In this document: positions 62,052 through 64,000 of the stretch, in pieces
Numbering within the stretch: the stretch's first letter is position 1
How the letters are laid out: every line of letters begins with the position of its first letter
Source: an uncultured Verrucomicrobiae bacterium
GTDB taxonomy: Bacteria > Verrucomicrobiota > Verrucomicrobiia > Limisphaerales > Palsa-1400
Assembly: GCA_963702845.1 (NCBI GenBank)
Contig: OY969763.1
Coordinates: 3,008,001 to 3,072,000, forward strand
DNA length: 64,000 nucleotides
Direction: 5' to 3'
Translations under genes and position numbers: made by a program
The notes under the pieces: generated by a model
Database searches by the model: none
What the model was told of the DNA's origin: nothing
What the model saw: the letters and a program-made list of their open reading frames with translations, nothing else

Positions 62052-63887
62052 ATGGTCGTTTCGAATCAGAAAAACGGTTTTACACTGAATGCATACCAGG
62101 GCGACGCCAAGACGCTGCTCGCATGGAACATGCCGAAGAACATCACTCAAAAACTTGCCGGCTTCAGCATCCAGTGTCAGCCCAAGGGCAAGTCGTCATA
62201 CTACCTCTTTAATACCTTAACCTTCGGCAAACCGGCCCAGCACGCGCAAGTGACTGGCGAATTGCCTCATTCCAGCGTCAACGCACCCTTTCAGAAATTC
62301 CGCTGGCTCCATGTCCCGGGCTCGTTCCATCAGGGCACCGATCCGGTTTATGGCAACTACACCTACACCGTTACACCTCGCTATTTTGGCGACAAAGAGA
62401 ACCTTTTGCCGCTCGATCCAAAATTGAGTGTTGCAGTGACGCTTGCCGTCACTCCCTTCGTCAAAGGCGGACTGCAACTCGGTTTTACCCGCGGCTTCAT
62501 CCAATCGCAAGGCTACGTCAACCACTTTGGGCCAAAAGCCGTCATCGAACCTGACGAACACGATCTGCTCTACGACACCTCAAAACCTGCCGGAAAAAAC
62601 AAAAAAGGCGAAAGCTTCACCTGGGCCGACGAATACGATTGGCTCGGCTTCACCGCTCGTAAACGCATTTTCGAAGTCCTCGATAACGTCCTCAAGAACA
62701 ACAAACTAACCATCGACGTCTTCGCCTACGACCTCAGCGAACCCGATATTTGCGCCCGCTTTCTCACCTTGGCCAAGCAAGGCCGCATTCGCATCATTCT
62801 CGACAATGCCTCGCTCCATCTATTCGACCCCGCGAAGAAAAACACCAAGGGCTATCCCAAAGCGCCCACTTCCGAAGACAACTTCGAGCAAGCTTTTCTC
62901 GCGCAAGCAAAAGATAGAACGGCAATCAAACGCGGCCGTTTCGCCCGTTTTGCCCACGACAAGGTCATCATCGTTAAAGAAGATAATATTCCCGTGCGCG
63001 TTTTAGCCGGTTCCACCAATTTCTCCATCACCGGTCTATACGTTAACTCCAATCACATTCTCATCTTCAACGACGCCAAAGTCGCGCAAAGCTACGGCGA
63101 CGTCTTCAACAAGTCCTGGGACCTGAACGTCAGCGCGACCTTCAAAAACACTCCCTTGGCAACCAAACCGGCGAGTTTCGATTCCAAAAGCACTCCAAAT
63201 ACCGAGATTACTTTCTCCCCGCACACGACGGCAGGAGCAACCAAAATCATCAATCAGGTCAGCGCACGCGTCAAAGCGGAGTCTGGTCGCGCCAACAGCA
63301 GCGTTCTCTTCGCAGTCATGGGTCTCTCCAGCGGCGGCGGCACCGTCCTCCCCGTCTTGCGCGATCTCCATAACGACCAAAAAACATTCAGCTACGGCAT
63401 CTCCGATGCACCCGGCGGTATCTGCCTCTACAGTCCCGGCAACAGTCGCGGCGTCATGGTTACAGGAAAGCCATCCAAGGAAAAACTCCCACCGCCCTTT
63501 AACCAGGTCCCATCGGTCGGCAGTCGCCACCAGATCCACCACAAATTCATCGTCTGCGGTTTCAATCGCCCGGATGCAACCGTCATCTGCGGCTCATCCA
63601 ACCTCACCACCGGCGGCGAAGGCGCTAACGGCGACAACCTCATCACCATCACCGATACCGACGTCGCCACTGCCTTCGCTATCGAAGCCGTGGCACTGGT
63701 CGATCACTTCGAATTCCTCGACCGCTTCGCCGAAGCCCCCAAGGCTGACAAAGTCAAACCGTCAGCAGACAAACAAAAGATGGCAGCCGACGCCGGTTGG
63801 AACTTAAAAACAACCGACATCTGGAGCACCAGCTTCTACGATCCAAACGACCTCCATTCCAAAGACCGAACCCTGTTCTGCGCCTAA
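62052..63887 (+). CDS. Phospholipase D superfamily protein with two HxK motifs
   Basis: HDKVIIV...GSTNFS and HHKFIV...GSSNLT...NGDN. Confidence 0.88.
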   Translation: MVVSNQKNGFTLNAYQGDAKTLLAWNMPKNITQKLAGFSIQCQPKGKSSYYLFNTLTFGKPAQHAQVTGELPHSSVNAPFQKFRWLHVPGSFHQGTDPVYGNYTYTVTPRYFGDKENLLPLDPKLSVAVTLAVTPFVKGGLQLGFTRGFIQSQGYVNHFGPKAVIEPDEHDLLYDTSKPAGKNKKGESFTWADEYDWLGFTARKRIFEVLDNVLKNNKLTIDVFAYDLSEPDICARFLTLAKQGRIRIILDNASLHLFDPAKKNTKGYPKAPTSEDNFEQAFLAQAKDRTAIKRGRFARFAHDKVIIVKEDNIPVRVLAGSTNFSITGLYVNSNHILIFNDAKVAQSYGDVFNKSWDLNVSATFKNTPLATKPASFDSKSTPNTEITFSPHTTAGATKIINQVSARVKAESGRANSSVLFAVMGLSSGGGTVLPVLRDLHNDQKTFSYGISDAPGGICLYSPGNSRGVMVTGKPSKEKLPPPFNQVPSVGSRHQIHHKFIVCGFNRPDATVICGSSNLTTGGEGANGDNLITITDTDVATAFAIEAVALVDHFEFLDRFAEAPKADKVKPSADKQKMAADAGWNLKTTDIWSTSFYDPNDLHSKDRTLFCA

Positions 63888-63913
63888 ACCGGCCAACACC
63901 GATACCGACTTTT

Positions 63914-64000
63914 ATGCAACCGACATCCAGTGACCCCGTCAATACAGTCATGCTGATTAGCGGGGCCATATTCCTTGTGACACTTGGCGTCTTGCTCGTC
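63914..64000 (+). CDS. Start of a possible membrane protein (truncated by the window)
   Basis: MQPTSSDPVNTVMLISGAIFLVTLGVLLV stays open to the window end. Confidence 0.35.
   Translation, partial: MQPTSSDPVNTVMLISGAIFLVTLGVLLV

Overview
A 64 kb, mostly housekeeping segment of a bacterial chromosome. A Verrucomicrobiota (Pedosphaerales/subdivision-3-like) origin is inferred from a TIGR02597-like protein, a prepilin-type/H-X9-DG (DUF1559-like) protein and C-terminal '...YYRL' modules. The window holds the end of a surface-polysaccharide locus (wzm/wzt, three GT2 enzymes, a priming sugar transferase), rplM-rpsI, argC, yggS, rpsO-pnp, tRNA-Lys(UUU), a SNF2 helicase, recG, guaA, a DnaJ-class chaperone, an MdtABC-type RND pump, efp, a sulfatase, three tandem secreted S8 proteases, add, a LOG protein, an M16 peptidase, pabB/pabC-like genes, a GH43, fumC, an esterase / AraC / DUF1559 module and a PLD-family gene. 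Many genes carry single-base frameshifts that look like long-read consensus errors. I found no CRISPR array, integrase or transposase. The best leads are: (i) a shared beta-rich C-terminal module on two non-canonical S8 proteases that also occurs internally in the TIGR02597-like protein, a candidate sorting or attachment system; (ii) an STN-domain/S8 fusion; (iii) a Fur-like palindrome, PchR-like AraC, 21-bp-spaced direct repeat and DUF1559 gene next to a Fes-like esterase; (iv) a REP family with a copy inserted in frame inside pabB; (v) heptamer-repeat elements at stop codons and flanking an orphan gene; (vi) an orientation-independent, saw-tooth GC-skew pattern that flips near a G-run tract at about 10.2 kb. 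All calls were made by eye; no database search was run.
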